A program made the translations under genes and the position numbers. From NCBI RefSeq assembly GCF_055900595.2, contig NZ_CM148325.1: a stretch of 64,000 nt of DNA; one strand, 5' to 3'. Numbering within the stretch: the first letter of the stretch is position 1; each line of letters begins with the position of its first letter. Below the pieces are notes generated by a model. It ran no database searches. It was given only the letters and a program-made list of their open reading frames with translations, and was not told the DNA's origin. Positions 10,313 to 20,928 of the stretch are shown in pieces.

Positions 10313-10445
10313 GAAATAATCCCCATGCCGGTGAAGAAGGGGCGTGACTTTAGCGAAATGTTGCCGTCGCGACAACCGGAATATGAAAGCAAAGCGCAGC
10401 GTCTGAATAACGTTTATGCTGAAAGCGGATAAACAAGGAGAAGCG

Positions 10446-11294
10446 ATGTATACCCTGAACTGGCAGCCGCCGTATGACTGGTCGTGGATATTGGGATTTC
10501 TCGCCGCCCGCGCGGTGAGCGGCGTGGAAACGGTCGCTGACGATTTTTATGCCCGTAGTCTGGCGGTGGGCGAATATCGCGGCGTGGTGACTGCTATTCC
10601 GGATATAGCCAGCCTTACTCTGCACATAAATTTAAGTGCAGGTTTAGAACCTGTTGCCGCTGAGTGCCTGGCGAAAATGAGCCGCCTGTTTGATCTGCAA
10701 TGTAACCCGCAGATTGTTAATGGGGCGTTGGGCGAGTTAGGCGCAGCGCGGCCCGGATTGCGTTTACCTGGTTGTGTTGATGCTTTTGAGCAGGGCGTGC
10801 GGGCGATTTTAGGCCAACTGGTGAGCGTGGCGATGGCGGCAAAATTGACCGCCAGAGTGGCACAGCTTTATGGCGAACGGCTGGATGATTTTCCGGAGTA
10901 TGTCTGCTTCCCCACGCCTCAGCGGCTGGCTGCAGCCGACCCGCAGGCATTAAAAGCGTTAGGTATGCCGTTGAAACGGGCAGAGGCACTGATTCATCTG
11001 GCAAATGCGGCGCTGGAGGGCACCTTACCAATGACAATACCGGGCGACGTAGAACAAGCGATGAAAACGCTGCAAACTTTTCCGGGTATCGGGCGCTGGA
11101 CGGCGAATTATTTCGCCTTGCGCGGCTGGCAGGCGAAAGATGTTTTTCTACCGGATGATTATCTGATTAAACAGCGATTTCCGGGAATGACACCGGCACA
11201 AATCCGCCGATATGCCGAGCGCTGGAAGCCCTGGCGTTCTTATGCGCTGTTGCATATCTGGTATACGGAAGGCTGGCAACCCGACGAAGCATGA
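10446..11294 (+). CDS. alkA: DNA-3-methyladenine glycosylase II AlkA (282 aa)
   Basis: ATG at 10446 (MYTLNWQPPYDWSW...); track ORF started 10 codons upstream. HhH-GPD glycosylase. Confidence 0.9.
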   Translation: MYTLNWQPPYDWSWILGFLAARAVSGVETVADDFYARSLAVGEYRGVVTAIPDIASLTLHINLSAGLEPVAAECLAKMSRLFDLQCNPQIVNGALGELGAARPGLRLPGCVDAFEQGVRAILGQLVSVAMAAKLTARVAQLYGERLDDFPEYVCFPTPQRLAAADPQALKALGMPLKRAEALIHLANAALEGTLPMTIPGDVEQAMKTLQTFPGIGRWTANYFALRGWQAKDVFLPDDYLIKQRFPGMTPAQIRRYAERWKPWRSYALLHIWYTEGWQPDEA

Positions 11295-11302
11295 CGTTGG
11301 TC

Positions 11303-11390
11303 GCCGGATGCGGTGCGAGCGCCTTATCCGGCCTGGGGAATGAGCGATTTGTAGGCATGATAAGACGCGTTAGCGTCGCATCAGGCAATG
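11303..11390. repeat. REP (palindromic unit) pair between alkA and yegE
   Basis: gccggatgcgg... and gcatgataagacgcg...cgtcgcatcaggc REP consensus-like palindromes. Confidence 0.7.
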
Positions 11391-11403
11391 GGCAAACGCT
11401 CCC

Positions 11404-14400
11404 TCAGTTAATCGCGAAATAACTGCTATTCACCAGCAAATCCAACGGTTGGGCATCGGCAATCACATCGCCATAAATCAGATCGACGCCGATGCCAGAA
11501 AGCGTATCCATCACTAAGGGTAAAACAACTGGCCCGGCGATAGTCTTCACCCCGAGTCGCTGAGCGTGCCCCTGAATAATCGTAATCAGCATCTCATCCA
11601 TCAAATTACCCTGCACGCTGGCGCATAGCTCACCGTCAAGTAGCAGGTAATCTGCCATATTCGCTTTCAGCGTGTTGAAAATTTGCAGATCGCGACCCAC
11701 CTGGCTGAGTACGATCCTGCAACCGGCCAGCCGCAGTTTTTGCACGCTTTCTGCGTGATCGATAACCGCTTCTGCCGGAATAATCAGATGTAATAACCGT
11801 GGTTGTAGAGGGCTATTTTCCAGCTGCTCAAGCAGTTCATTCACCAGCGCGGCGCTACTCAAACCGGCAACAGAAAGGGGGAGGGCGATGCTTAAGCCTT
11901 TACTGGCAATCGCTTTTGCGGTCTGCTGGAAAAATTCATGGAATACCCGGCGGTCAAGAGCATGGTTAAGCGCCGGATCACCGAAGCTACGACGAAATGT
12001 TTGTTCATCAAAAATCTCGCCTTCGCAACCCCAGAGTTTTAGTGATATCAACCACAAATTACGCGCTTCCGGGATCCGTGGCGAAGCGACGCCGTGGGCG
12101 ATCATCATCAACTGATTCTCTTTAATCATCCGCCACTGTTCATCAAGCGACATCGCCGCCCGTTCGCTATGTGCGGCAGCTTGCTGTGGTTCGTAAACCG
12201 TCACCCGGCCCCGTCCACCATTTTTGGAGGCATAACAGGCGATATCAGCCTGCGACATCACTTCAACCGCCTGATGATTGTTGTCATCAATCAAGGTAAT
12301 CCCGGCACTGGCACCTACCCGATGTACACGTCCTTCCCATATAAAGTGATAGTCATTCACGGCGCTGATAATGCGTGTAGCGATAAAACGCGCACTTTCG
12401 ACATTACAATCTGGCAGCAGCAGACCAAATTCATCGCCACCGAGTCGCGCAAGTACGTCGCTGGAGCGCAGCATACTCAGCATCAATGATGCCAGTTCGC
12501 GCAGCAAAGCGTCGCCAGCGGCGTGCCCGGCGCTGTCATTCACCGCTTTAAAGCGATCAAGATCGATAAACACCAGGGCATGTCGCTGATGTGTACTGTT
12601 TACCGTTTGCAGCAGGATGCGTAGTTGCTTCTCAAAACTGGCGCGATTGGCGAGATGCGTCAGTGCATCATGGGAGGCGCTGTAGCTCAGCTGGCGCAGC
12701 ATTTTGCGTGATTCGGTGACGTCCTGAATCACCAGAACCGAGCCTATATTGCTGCCGTCCAGAGTACTTAACGGCGTAATACTGTAATGCACGTCGTAGC
12801 TGCCGCCGCTCCGGCAGTGCAACACCACATCTTGTTCAATCGCAGAACGTGAGGTGTCGGCACTGTAAATGTTCTCCATTAATGGCCCGTTGTCGCCAAA
12901 AGTAATATGCAACACCGTCAGGAGCGGAACACCTAACGCTTCTTCCTGCGTCCAGCCGCTCATCTTCTCCGCCACTGGATTCATAAAGGTAATTTTCATC
13001 GCCATGTCAATACAGACCACGGCTTCGCCGATGGAATCCAGCGTAATGTGCAGGCGCTCTTTTTCCTGAAACAATGCCTCGTTAAGCTGTTTCACTTCGG
13101 TCATATCCATATTAATGCCGAGCAGGCGTTCGACTTCGCCTTCTTTATTCAGTACCCGGTTGGCGAGGGCGCGGATATGGCGAATACCGTCTTTCACGTT
13201 AATGCGAAATTCCAGTTTAAAGGGAGAGCGCGATTGCAATGAATCGCGAATTACTTTTTCGGCGTGCTGGCGATCTTCCGGCAGCACGCACTCGTACCAC
13301 ACCTGCCAGTTCGGTTTGATATGCGGAGGAATTTCATACAGCTCGAACATCCGCTTATCCCAGCTAAAAATATTCGGCTTTAGCTCCCACTCCCAGATGC
13401 CAATCCCGCCCGCTTCGTTAGCCAGCGTGATGCGCTCCATCAGTTGCTGGTTCACCTGTTCGGTGCGTTTTAGCTCGTTAATGTCTTCAATCTGAGCGAT
13501 AAAATAGAGCGGCGTACCATCGGTGTGGCGCACCAGTGAGACGGCAAGCAACGCCCAGACAACATCGCCATTGCGGTTGTAGTAGCGTTTTTCCATTGAA
13601 TAGGTGTTTATTTCACCACTTATCAGCTTTTCAACCTGTTGGAGATCTTTATTGAGATCCTCCGGCCAGGTCAGTTGCTGAAAGGTGAGTCCGCGCAGTT
13701 CTTCCTGACTGTAACCGAGAAACTGGCAGAGCGCTTTGTTGGATTGCAGCCATTGCCCCTCGGTGCCCACTAATGCCATGCCGATGGCGGAATATTCCAT
13801 CGCGTTCCGAAAGCGGGTTTCGCTTTCGGAAATGTGTTTGCGTTCCGCACGAAAGGCATACATCACCATCGTCATGATGTTGGCGGGCAGCAGGATCAGC
13901 AAAAACGGTAGCCACGGCATATGGCTCATCAGGTATGTACGCGGCGTAGCAAGCAGGGAGGGATCAGCGGCCATCATCAGTGACACCATCATCACCGTGG
14001 TAAGGAAGATCAAAAAGGCTTCCATTCGTGGCAGGCGCACGGCGCTCCACATCAACAGCACAATAATGAAAGTAAAAGGCCACGGCAGATACAGCATCGA
14101 AAGCCAACTTAACGTCAGTGTGATGGCTAACGTGAGCAGCGACTCAAAAAGCAACCTTGGGTTGCGATGGCGCAGCAGATAGTGTGGTTTAAATAACAAT
14201 CCCAGCGGCACCAGTGCCAGTGCGCCGATGGATTCTGACAGTACCCATATCAAAAATGCCCTGAGAGGATCGTCTCCGGGCGTCAGCAGGACAACCAGAA
14301 CACCCCCTAACAGAGGTGGAACAATGGCGCTACCGAGTGCCAGACGCAGCCAGTCAGCCAGATTTTGCAATGGGTTATACCACGGCAGCAATTTACGCAG

Positions 14401-14721
14401 CAGCACTGCCCCGACCACGGCTTCAACAATATTGATGGTCGTCCAGGTCATGTTCAGCGAACTGGTGGAAAAAAGCAGGATGGATGCAGCGATATTTCCC
14501 AGCGAGCAGCTCAGTGCAATCCCTGGCCACATGCGTCCGGCATGGCGATAAAACGCCACCATCATGATGGACGTCGGGAACCACAATGGGGCGAGTTGGG
14601 TGCCAAACTGCGAAAGCTCAAGCGAGAAAAGGGTAAAGATAAACGAGACTAAACCTAAACTGACCAGGTGAAGCAGCGGGTGGGGCAGGGCAATTAATAC
14701 ATGCTGTGATTGTTTGCTCAT
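11404..14721 (-). CDS. dgcE: Diguanylate cyclase DgcE/YegE (1105 aa): membrane MASE1-like N-terminus, PAS repeats, GGDEF, degenerate EAL
   Basis: ATG at 14721; GGDEF motif present (LARLGGDEFGLL); long hydrophobic N-terminus. Length matches K-12 YegE. Confidence 0.9.
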   Translation of the reverse strand: MSKQSQHVLIALPHPLLHLVSLGLVSFIFTLFSLELSQFGTQLAPLWFPTSIMMVAFYRHAGRMWPGIALSCSLGNIAASILLFSTSSLNMTWTTINIVEAVVGAVLLRKLLPWYNPLQNLADWLRLALGSAIVPPLLGGVLVVLLTPGDDPLRAFLIWVLSESIGALALVPLGLLFKPHYLLRHRNPRLLFESLLTLAITLTLSWLSMLYLPWPFTFIIVLLMWSAVRLPRMEAFLIFLTTVMMVSLMMAADPSLLATPRTYLMSHMPWLPFLLILLPANIMTMVMYAFRAERKHISESETRFRNAMEYSAIGMALVGTEGQWLQSNKALCQFLGYSQEELRGLTFQQLTWPEDLNKDLQQVEKLISGEINTYSMEKRYYNRNGDVVWALLAVSLVRHTDGTPLYFIAQIEDINELKRTEQVNQQLMERITLANEAGGIGIWEWELKPNIFSWDKRMFELYEIPPHIKPNWQVWYECVLPEDRQHAEKVIRDSLQSRSPFKLEFRINVKDGIRHIRALANRVLNKEGEVERLLGINMDMTEVKQLNEALFQEKERLHITLDSIGEAVVCIDMAMKITFMNPVAEKMSGWTQEEALGVPLLTVLHITFGDNGPLMENIYSADTSRSAIEQDVVLHCRSGGSYDVHYSITPLSTLDGSNIGSVLVIQDVTESRKMLRQLSYSASHDALTHLANRASFEKQLRILLQTVNSTHQRHALVFIDLDRFKAVNDSAGHAAGDALLRELASLMLSMLRSSDVLARLGGDEFGLLLPDCNVESARFIATRIISAVNDYHFIWEGRVHRVGASAGITLIDDNNHQAVEVMSQADIACYASKNGGRGRVTVYEPQQAAAHSERAAMSLDEQWRMIKENQLMMIAHGVASPRIPEARNLWLISLKLWGCEGEIFDEQTFRRSFGDPALNHALDRRVFHEFFQQTAKAIASKGLSIALPLSVAGLSSAALVNELLEQLENSPLQPRLLHLIIPAEAVIDHAESVQKLRLAGCRIVLSQVGRDLQIFNTLKANMADYLLLDGELCASVQGNLMDEMLITIIQGHAQRLGVKTIAGPVVLPLVMDTLSGIGVDLIYGDVIADAQPLDLLVNSSYFAIN

Positions 14722-15038
14722 TACCGCTTTATCCGCAAGACCTGGTCGCCAGTATTCGTTTCTGTGTTTATGCTAGTACAAAAGTTTTACATTTTATATG
14801 CGAATTGCTCATAAAGTGACGTAAAGGCGGATAATTTGCGCAACTGCGTATAACATTTTTTACCTTGTATAAAACTGATCAACGTAATTTGCCACCGGGA
14901 ATTCTTCGTCAACAATTAACTCTGAGCGCGCGGCAACGCTATTCGACTGGTATCAGGCGGATGAAATCCCTATAATTGCCGCGTTTGGCGCTTCGTCGCC
15001 CCCTTCCTAACATCCAGGTTAATCAGGTCGCTAAATAT

Positions 15039-15680
15039 ATGACTGATCAGTCTCATCAGTGCGTCATTATCGGTATCGCTGGCGCATCGGCTTCCGGCAA
15101 GAGTCTTATTGCCAGTACCCTTTATCGTGAATTACGTGAGCAAGTCGGTGATGAACACATCGGCGTAATTCCCGAAGACTGCTATTACAAAGATCAAAGC
15201 CATCTGTCGATGGAAGAACGCGTTAAGACCAACTACGACCATCCCAGCGCGATGGATCACAGCCTGCTGCTTGAGCATTTACAAGCATTGAAACGCGGCT
15301 CGGCAATTGACCTGCCGGTTTACAGCTATGTTGAACATACGCGTATGAAAGAAACGGTAAAGGTTGAGCCGAAGAAGGTCATCATTCTCGAAGGCATTTT
15401 GCTGCTGACGGATGCGCGTTTGCGTGATGAACTTAACTTCTCAATTTTCGTTGATACCCCGCTGGATATCTGCTTGATGCGCCGCATCAAGCGTGATGTT
15501 AACGAGCGTGGGCGTTCAATGGATTCCGTGATGGCGCAATATCAAAAAACCGTGCGCCCGATGTTTCTGCAATTCATTGAGCCTTCTAAACAATATGCGG
15601 ACATTATCGTGCCGCGCGGCGGGAAAAACCGCATCGCCATCGATATATTGAAAGCGAAAATAAGTCAGTTCTTTGAATAA
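15039..15680 (+). CDS. udk: Uridine/cytidine kinase Udk (213 aa)
   Basis: ATG at 15039 ([23 protein letters not shown]-loop); track ORF over-extended upstream. Confidence 0.92.
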   Translation: MTDQSHQCVIIGIAGASASGKSLIASTLYRELREQVGDEHIGVIPEDCYYKDQSHLSMEERVKTNYDHPSAMDHSLLLEHLQALKRGSAIDLPVYSYVEHTRMKETVKVEPKKVIILEGILLLTDARLRDELNFSIFVDTPLDICLMRRIKRDVNERGRSMDSVMAQYQKTVRPMFLQFIEPSKQYADIIVPRGGKNRIAIDILKAKISQFFE

Positions 15681-15771
15681 GCTTGATAAATTGTGTACCG
15701 TTCAGTGATAACCTGGTATGCCCTTGACGTAATTGGCGTTAAGGGAGTGATGCACGAAAGGAGAAAATGCC

Positions 15772-16353
15772 ATGCGTCTGTGTGACCGAGATATTGAAGC
15801 CTGGCTTGATGAAGGCCGTTTGTCGATCAACCCACGTCCGCCAGTGGAGCGTATTAATGGCGCGACGGTGGATGTGCGCCTGGGCAATAAATTTCGTACC
15901 TTCCGTGGTCACACGGCAGCGTTTATCGATCTGAGCGGTCCCAAAGATGAAGTGAGCGCCGCGCTTGACCGCGTGATGAGCGATGAGATCGTACTCGATG
16001 AAAGCGAGGCGTTTTATCTTCACCCAGGAGAGCTGGCGCTGGCGGTGACGCTGGAGTCGGTGACGCTGCCAGCCGATCTGGTGGGATGGCTGGACGGTCG
16101 TTCCTCACTGGCGCGTCTGGGGCTTATGGTGCACGTCACCGCGCACCGTATCGATCCGGGCTGGTCTGGCTGCATTGTGCTGGAGTTCTACAACTCCGGT
16201 AAGCTGCCGCTGGCGCTGCGTCCGGGCATGTTAATTGGTGCGCTGAGCTTTGAGCCGCTTTCCGGCCCGGCGGCGCGACCTTACAACCGCCGTGAAGATG
16301 CGAAATATCGCAACCAGCAGGGCGCGGTAGCCAGCCGAATCGATAAAGACTAA
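15772..16353 (+). CDS. dcd: dCTP deaminase Dcd (193 aa)
   Basis: ATG at 15772, RBS aaaggag; [17 protein letters not shown].... Confidence 0.95.
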   Translation: MRLCDRDIEAWLDEGRLSINPRPPVERINGATVDVRLGNKFRTFRGHTAAFIDLSGPKDEVSAALDRVMSDEIVLDESEAFYLHPGELALAVTLESVTLPADLVGWLDGRSSLARLGLMVHVTAHRIDPGWSGCIVLEFYNSGKLPLALRPGMLIGALSFEPLSGPAARPYNRREDAKYRNQQGAVASRIDKD

Positions 16354-16374
16354 TTCAGGCCCATTGAGGATACC

Positions 16375-18228
16375 ATGAGACGATTTCTGACGACGCTGAT
16401 GATACTCCTGGTCGTGCTGGTGGCCGGGTTATCTGCGTTAGTGTTGCTGGTGAATCCGAATGATTTCCGCGACTATATGGTCAAGCAAGTTGCTGCACGT
16501 AGCGGTTATCAATTGCAGCTCGACGGGCCACTGCGTTGGCACGTCTGGCCGCAACTTAGTATCCTCTCCGGGCGAATGTCTCTCACTGCCCAGGGCGCGA
16601 GCCAGCCACTGGTTCGCGCAGACAACATGCGTCTGGACGTGGCGCTTTTACCACTGCTGAGTCATCAACTGAGCGTTAAGCAGGTGATGCTAAAAGGGGC
16701 AGTGATCCAACTGACGCCGCAGACGGAAGCGGTACGCAGCGAAGATGCCCCGGTTGCACCGCGCGACAATACCTTGCCGGATCTGTCAGACGATCGCGGA
16801 TGGTCGTTTGATATATCCAGTCTTAAGGTGGCGGACAGCGTGCTGGTGTTCCAGCATGAAGATGACGAGCAGGTGACAATCCGTAATATCCGCCTGCAAA
16901 TGGAACAAGATCCCCAACATCGTGGTTCATTTGAGTTCTCCGGGCGGGTTAATCGCGATCAGCGCGATCTCACGATATCCCTTAACGGTACGGTAGATGC
17001 TTCTGATTATCCGCATGATTTAACGGCGGCTATTGAACAAATTAACTGGCAGTTGCAGGGTGCCGATTTACCAAAACAAGGTATTCAGGGGCAGGGGAGT
17101 TTCCAGGCCCAGTGGCAGGAGTCACATAAACGCCTTTCATTTAACCAAATTAGTTTGACCGCCAATGACAGTACGCTGAGCGGGCAAGCACAGGTCACGC
17201 TGACAGAGAAACCGGAATGGCAGCTGAGACTGCAATTCCCGCAACTGAATCTTGACAACCTCATCCCGCTTAAAGAAACAGCGAACGGTGAAAACGGTGC
17301 CGCGCAGCAGGGGCAGAGCCAATCCACGTTGCCGCGCCCGGTCATTTCTTCGCGTATTGATGAACCGGCCTATCAGGGATTGCAAGGCTTTACGGCTGAT
17401 ATTTTGTTGCAGGCCAGTAACGTGCGCTGGCGCGGAATGAATTTTACAGACGTTGCCACGCAAATGACCAACAAGTCGGGTTTGCTGGAAATTACTCAAC
17501 TGCAGGGCAAGCTTAACGGTGGACAGGTTTCACTGCCGGGCACGCTGGATGCAACATCAACAAATCCGCGGATAAACTTCCAGCCACGGCTGGAAAACGT
17601 TGAGATTGGCACCATTCTGAAGGCGTTTAACTATCCGATTTCGTTGACCGGAAAGATGTCACTGGCTGGTGATTTCTCCGGTGCTGACATAGATGCCGAC
17701 GCATTCCGCCACAACTGGCAAGGACAGGCGCATGTCGAAATGACGGACACACGTATGGAAGGGATGAACTTCCAGCAGATGATTCAGCAAGCGGTAGAGC
17801 GTAATGGTGGTGATGTGAAGGCCGCTGAAAACTTCGATAACGTGACGCGTCTTGACCGCTTTACCACCGATTTGACGTTGAAGGATGGCGTTGTGACGTT
17901 AAACGACATGCAAGGTCAATCGCCTGTGCTGGCGCTGACAGGGGAAGGCATGTTGAATTTGGCAGATCAAACCTGCGACACCCAGTTTGATATTCGGGTC
18001 GTGGGTGGCTGGAACGGGGAAAGCAAACTGATTGATTTCCTCAAAGAAACGCCAGTACCGCTGCGGGTTTATGGCAACTGGCAGCAACTTAATTACAGTC
18101 TGCAAGTGGACCAGCTGCTACGCAAACATCTACAGGACGAAGCCAAACGTCGCCTGAATGACTGGGCCGAGCGGAATAAAGATTCCCGCAATGGCAAAGA
18201 TGTGAAGAAGTTGCTGGAGAAGATGTAA
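16375..18228 (+). CDS. asmA: Outer-membrane assembly protein AsmA (617 aa)
   Basis: ATG at 16375; N-terminal TM anchor MRRFLTTLMILLVVLVAG; length and synteny after dcd. Confidence 0.92.
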   Translation: MRRFLTTLMILLVVLVAGLSALVLLVNPNDFRDYMVKQVAARSGYQLQLDGPLRWHVWPQLSILSGRMSLTAQGASQPLVRADNMRLDVALLPLLSHQLSVKQVMLKGAVIQLTPQTEAVRSEDAPVAPRDNTLPDLSDDRGWSFDISSLKVADSVLVFQHEDDEQVTIRNIRLQMEQDPQHRGSFEFSGRVNRDQRDLTISLNGTVDASDYPHDLTAAIEQINWQLQGADLPKQGIQGQGSFQAQWQESHKRLSFNQISLTANDSTLSGQAQVTLTEKPEWQLRLQFPQLNLDNLIPLKETANGENGAAQQGQSQSTLPRPVISSRIDEPAYQGLQGFTADILLQASNVRWRGMNFTDVATQMTNKSGLLEITQLQGKLNGGQVSLPGTLDATSTNPRINFQPRLENVEIGTILKAFNYPISLTGKMSLAGDFSGADIDADAFRHNWQGQAHVEMTDTRMEGMNFQQMIQQAVERNGGDVKAAENFDNVTRLDRFTTDLTLKDGVVTLNDMQGQSPVLALTGEGMLNLADQTCDTQFDIRVVGGWNGESKLIDFLKETPVPLRVYGNWQQLNYSLQVDQLLRKHLQDEAKRRLNDWAERNKDSRNGKDVKKLLEKM

Positions 18229-18249
18229 GTCATCCAGATGATATATGCT

Positions 18250-18286
18250 GTAGGCCTGATAAGACGCGTAAGCGTCGCATCAGGCA
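18250..18286. repeat. REP element downstream of asmA
   Basis: gcctgataagacgcgtaagcgtcgcatcaggc palindrome. Confidence 0.75.
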
Positions 18287-18644
18287 ATCACGTAGATTAC
18301 TTTCAGCAAAGATGAATCATCTGTATAAGTAAGATACTTCAGCGAGGGTGTTGGTCCGGCTGTAAATCGCCGAATCGTTTCCTGTAGGCCGGGGCAGCCC
18401 ACATGGATGTGGGCTGAGGGCGCGTTTTACAGGGATGTTACCTCGCGCCCGTACCCGATAGCCGAAAGGAATAAGATGAGGGGACCGCGCTAGCGGCGAT
18501 TTACCGCCGGGAGCCCGGGTTGCCAGGGTGGTGGCGATTGAGCCACCCTGGCACGTTCACCGGCTTGAGCGTTCCAAAGTAGCGAGGAACATAAAGTGAA
18601 CGGAACAGCCTCTAATGTCACATACTCTCCCGGTTGAATGAAAC

Positions 18645-18682
18645 GCCTGATGCGACGCTTACGCGTCTTATCAGGCCTACAT
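18645..18682. repeat. REP element downstream of yegH (inverted relative to 18250..18286)
   Basis: gcctgatgcgacgcttacgcgtcttatcaggc palindrome. Confidence 0.75.
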
Positions 18683-18686
18683 ACCA

Positions 18687-20270
18687 TCACACCTCGTACT
18701 CCATCTCGCCATCCTTATGCAGCGGAATAATCTGCACCTTCTGCACGCGATGGCTTTCCACCTGCAACGTTTTAAGCAAATAATCCCCCACCTGAACTTC
18801 TTCGCCAGGTTTTGGAATACGCTGTAAATATTCCATCAACAGCCCGGCAATGGTGTGATATTCACGTTTTTCATCCAGCGGCAGCGGCACATATTGCACC
18901 AGATCTTCCAGCGGCATATGACCATTCGCCGTCCAGGAACCGTCGGCATTCTTCTGAATATCATGGCGGGCGTCGATCTCTTCCACTTCGTTCGGTAAGT
19001 TACCGGCAATGGTTTCAGTGACGTCACTTAATGTCACAATCCCTTCCACCGAGCCAAACTCATCCACCACAAAAGCAAAGTGTGTGCGGGCATTACGGAA
19101 CTGCTCCAGGGCAGGTAACAACGGTAAAGTTTCCGGGAACACCAGCGGTTGGCGAATCAACACCCGCAGGTTGAGCGGTTCGCCGCGCAGTGACTGTTGT
19201 AACAGGTCGATAACGTGAACGACACCGAGCAAATCTTCTGCATCATCGCCGTCGGTAACGACCAGACGCGTGTGCTGATTTCGCTCCAGCAGCTGGCGGA
19301 TCTCCTCTTCTGGCGCGTTGAGATCGATATGCTCAATATCGTGGCGCGACGTCATGATGCTGCTGACAGTACGCTGGTTAAGATTAAGTACCCGCTCAAT
19401 CATCCGCCGTTCCTGCGGATTAAAGATCTGCTGGTTACCATGATCCACCAGCATGGACGCGGTTTCGGCATCCAGTTCCGCATCTTCTTTTTGCCCGCTA
19501 AGCAGGCGCATTACCGCTTCGGTAGTCCGCTGGCGCAGTGTCTGGTTAGCGGAAAGAAAACGTCGCCGGTTAAAGATAGCCAACTGATTGAGCGCCTCGA
19601 TCATCACCGAGAAACCAATGGCAGCATACAGATAGCCTTTCGGAATGACGAAGCCGAAACCTTCCGCCACCAGGCTAAAGCCAATCATCAACAGGAAACT
19701 TAGGCAGAGTATGACGATGGTCGGGTGACTGTTAACAAATTGCGTTAACGGCTTGCTTGCCATCAGCATCAGGCTGATCGCGATAACAACGGCGGCCATC
19801 ATGACCAGTAAATGGTCGACCATCCCGACGGCAGTAATCACCGAGTCAAGTGAGAAGATGGCGTCCAGTACCACAATTTGCGTCACCACGCCCCAGAACT
19901 TCGCACCTTTGCGTTGCGTGGGGTTATTGCTGTCTTTCCCCTCCAGCCGTTCGTTCAACTCCATCGTGGCTTTGAACAGCAGGAAGAAACCACCAAACAG
20001 CATGATTAAGTCGCGGGCGCTAAAGGTAAACGAGCGGAAGCTGAACAGTGGTTGAGTCAGGGTGACCAGCCAGGAGATTGACGCCAGCAGTAACAGGCGC
20101 ATTAACATTGCCAGCAGCAGCCCGGTAACCCGTGCGCGGTCGCGCTGCTTCGGCGGTAGTTTTTCGGCGAGGATGGCAATAAAGACCAGGTTATCAATGC
20201 CGAGGACCAGTTCGATCACAATCAGCGTGATTAACCCGGCCCAGATAGACGGATCGGCAATCCATTCCAT
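18687..20270 (-). CDS. yegH: TerC-family membrane protein with CBS/CorC domains YegH (527 aa)
   Basis: Track ORF 18687..20336 trimmed to ATG at 20270 ([18 protein letters not shown]...). Confidence 0.88.
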   Translation of the reverse strand: MEWIADPSIWAGLITLIVIELVLGIDNLVFIAILAEKLPPKQRDRARVTGLLLAMLMRLLLLASISWLVTLTQPLFSFRSFTFSARDLIMLFGGFFLLFKATMELNERLEGKDSNNPTQRKGAKFWGVVTQIVVLDAIFSLDSVITAVGMVDHLLVMMAAVVIAISLMLMASKPLTQFVNSHPTIVILCLSFLLMIGFSLVAEGFGFVIPKGYLYAAIGFSVMIEALNQLAIFNRRRFLSANQTLRQRTTEAVMRLLSGQKEDAELDAETASMLVDHGNQQIFNPQERRMIERVLNLNQRTVSSIMTSRHDIEHIDLNAPEEEIRQLLERNQHTRLVVTDGDDAEDLLGVVHVIDLLQQSLRGEPLNLRVLIRQPLVFPETLPLLPALEQFRNARTHFAFVVDEFGSVEGIVTLSDVTETIAGNLPNEVEEIDARHDIQKNADGSWTANGHMPLEDLVQYVPLPLDEKREYHTIAGLLMEYLQRIPKPGEEVQVGDYLLKTLQVESHRVQKVQIIPLHKDGEMEYEV

Positions 20271-20511
20271 AGTAAGTACAAAACCTATTCGTTGTATGAC
20301 AAATGTCACAATTCGATCATGGATAAATCGGGGCAAAAATGCAATGTTGCAGCACTATTTATCTCATATTATTTGAGGTTTATAACCTCACATTATCCCT
20401 GAATTAAAAGTGGTAATAATAAAACATTATTTAAGAAATATCGCATGTGGAGACACTATATTAAATATTGTCAACCTAAAGAAACTCCTAAAAACCATAT
20501 TGAATGACACT

Positions 20512-20525
20512 TAATATAATTCTTA
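20512..20525 (+). promoter_or_regulatory. Candidate RcsAB box upstream of wza
   Basis: taatataattctta matches about 10 of 14 positions of the RcsAB-box consensus as I recall it; position about 400 bp upstream of wza is plausible. Confidence 0.3.
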
Positions 20526-20710
20526 AAAATAGCCAATTGCCGAATTGTTACCTTGCCTGCTATTCCGTTAGCTGTAACACTTCCTCCTGCATTATGGGAA
20601 GCCAATATTCAATTACCATAATGCCACCTTATATCTGGAAAATTAATTCACGGAATAACGCTTTTTCATAATCAACTGCATGATGAAAGAGTTAGAAAAT
20701 CTAAACTAAA

Positions 20711-20750
20711 TCAGTGTATTGGTAGCTAAAAAGCCAGGGGCGGTAGCGTG
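20711..20750 (+). promoter_or_regulatory. JUMPStart element with ops site (GGCGGTAGCGTG at 20739..20750) in the wza leader
   Basis: Exact ops motif; cagtg...ggtagc...ggcggtagcgtg arrangement typical of RfaH-dependent polysaccharide operons. Confidence 0.8.
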
Positions 20751-20928
20751 TCTGGACGCCTGAGAGACCAGTCTGAATTATTCTGTCAATAGCCTGCGGA
20801 TGAAATCAATTTTTTTAGGACTGATGCCAGTTAAATTTTTATTCAATTAACTGCAAGGTAAATGTGCATGGCGACATTGCTATTAATAGTGCACAGGATA
20901 ATTACTCTGCCAAAGTGATAAATAAACA

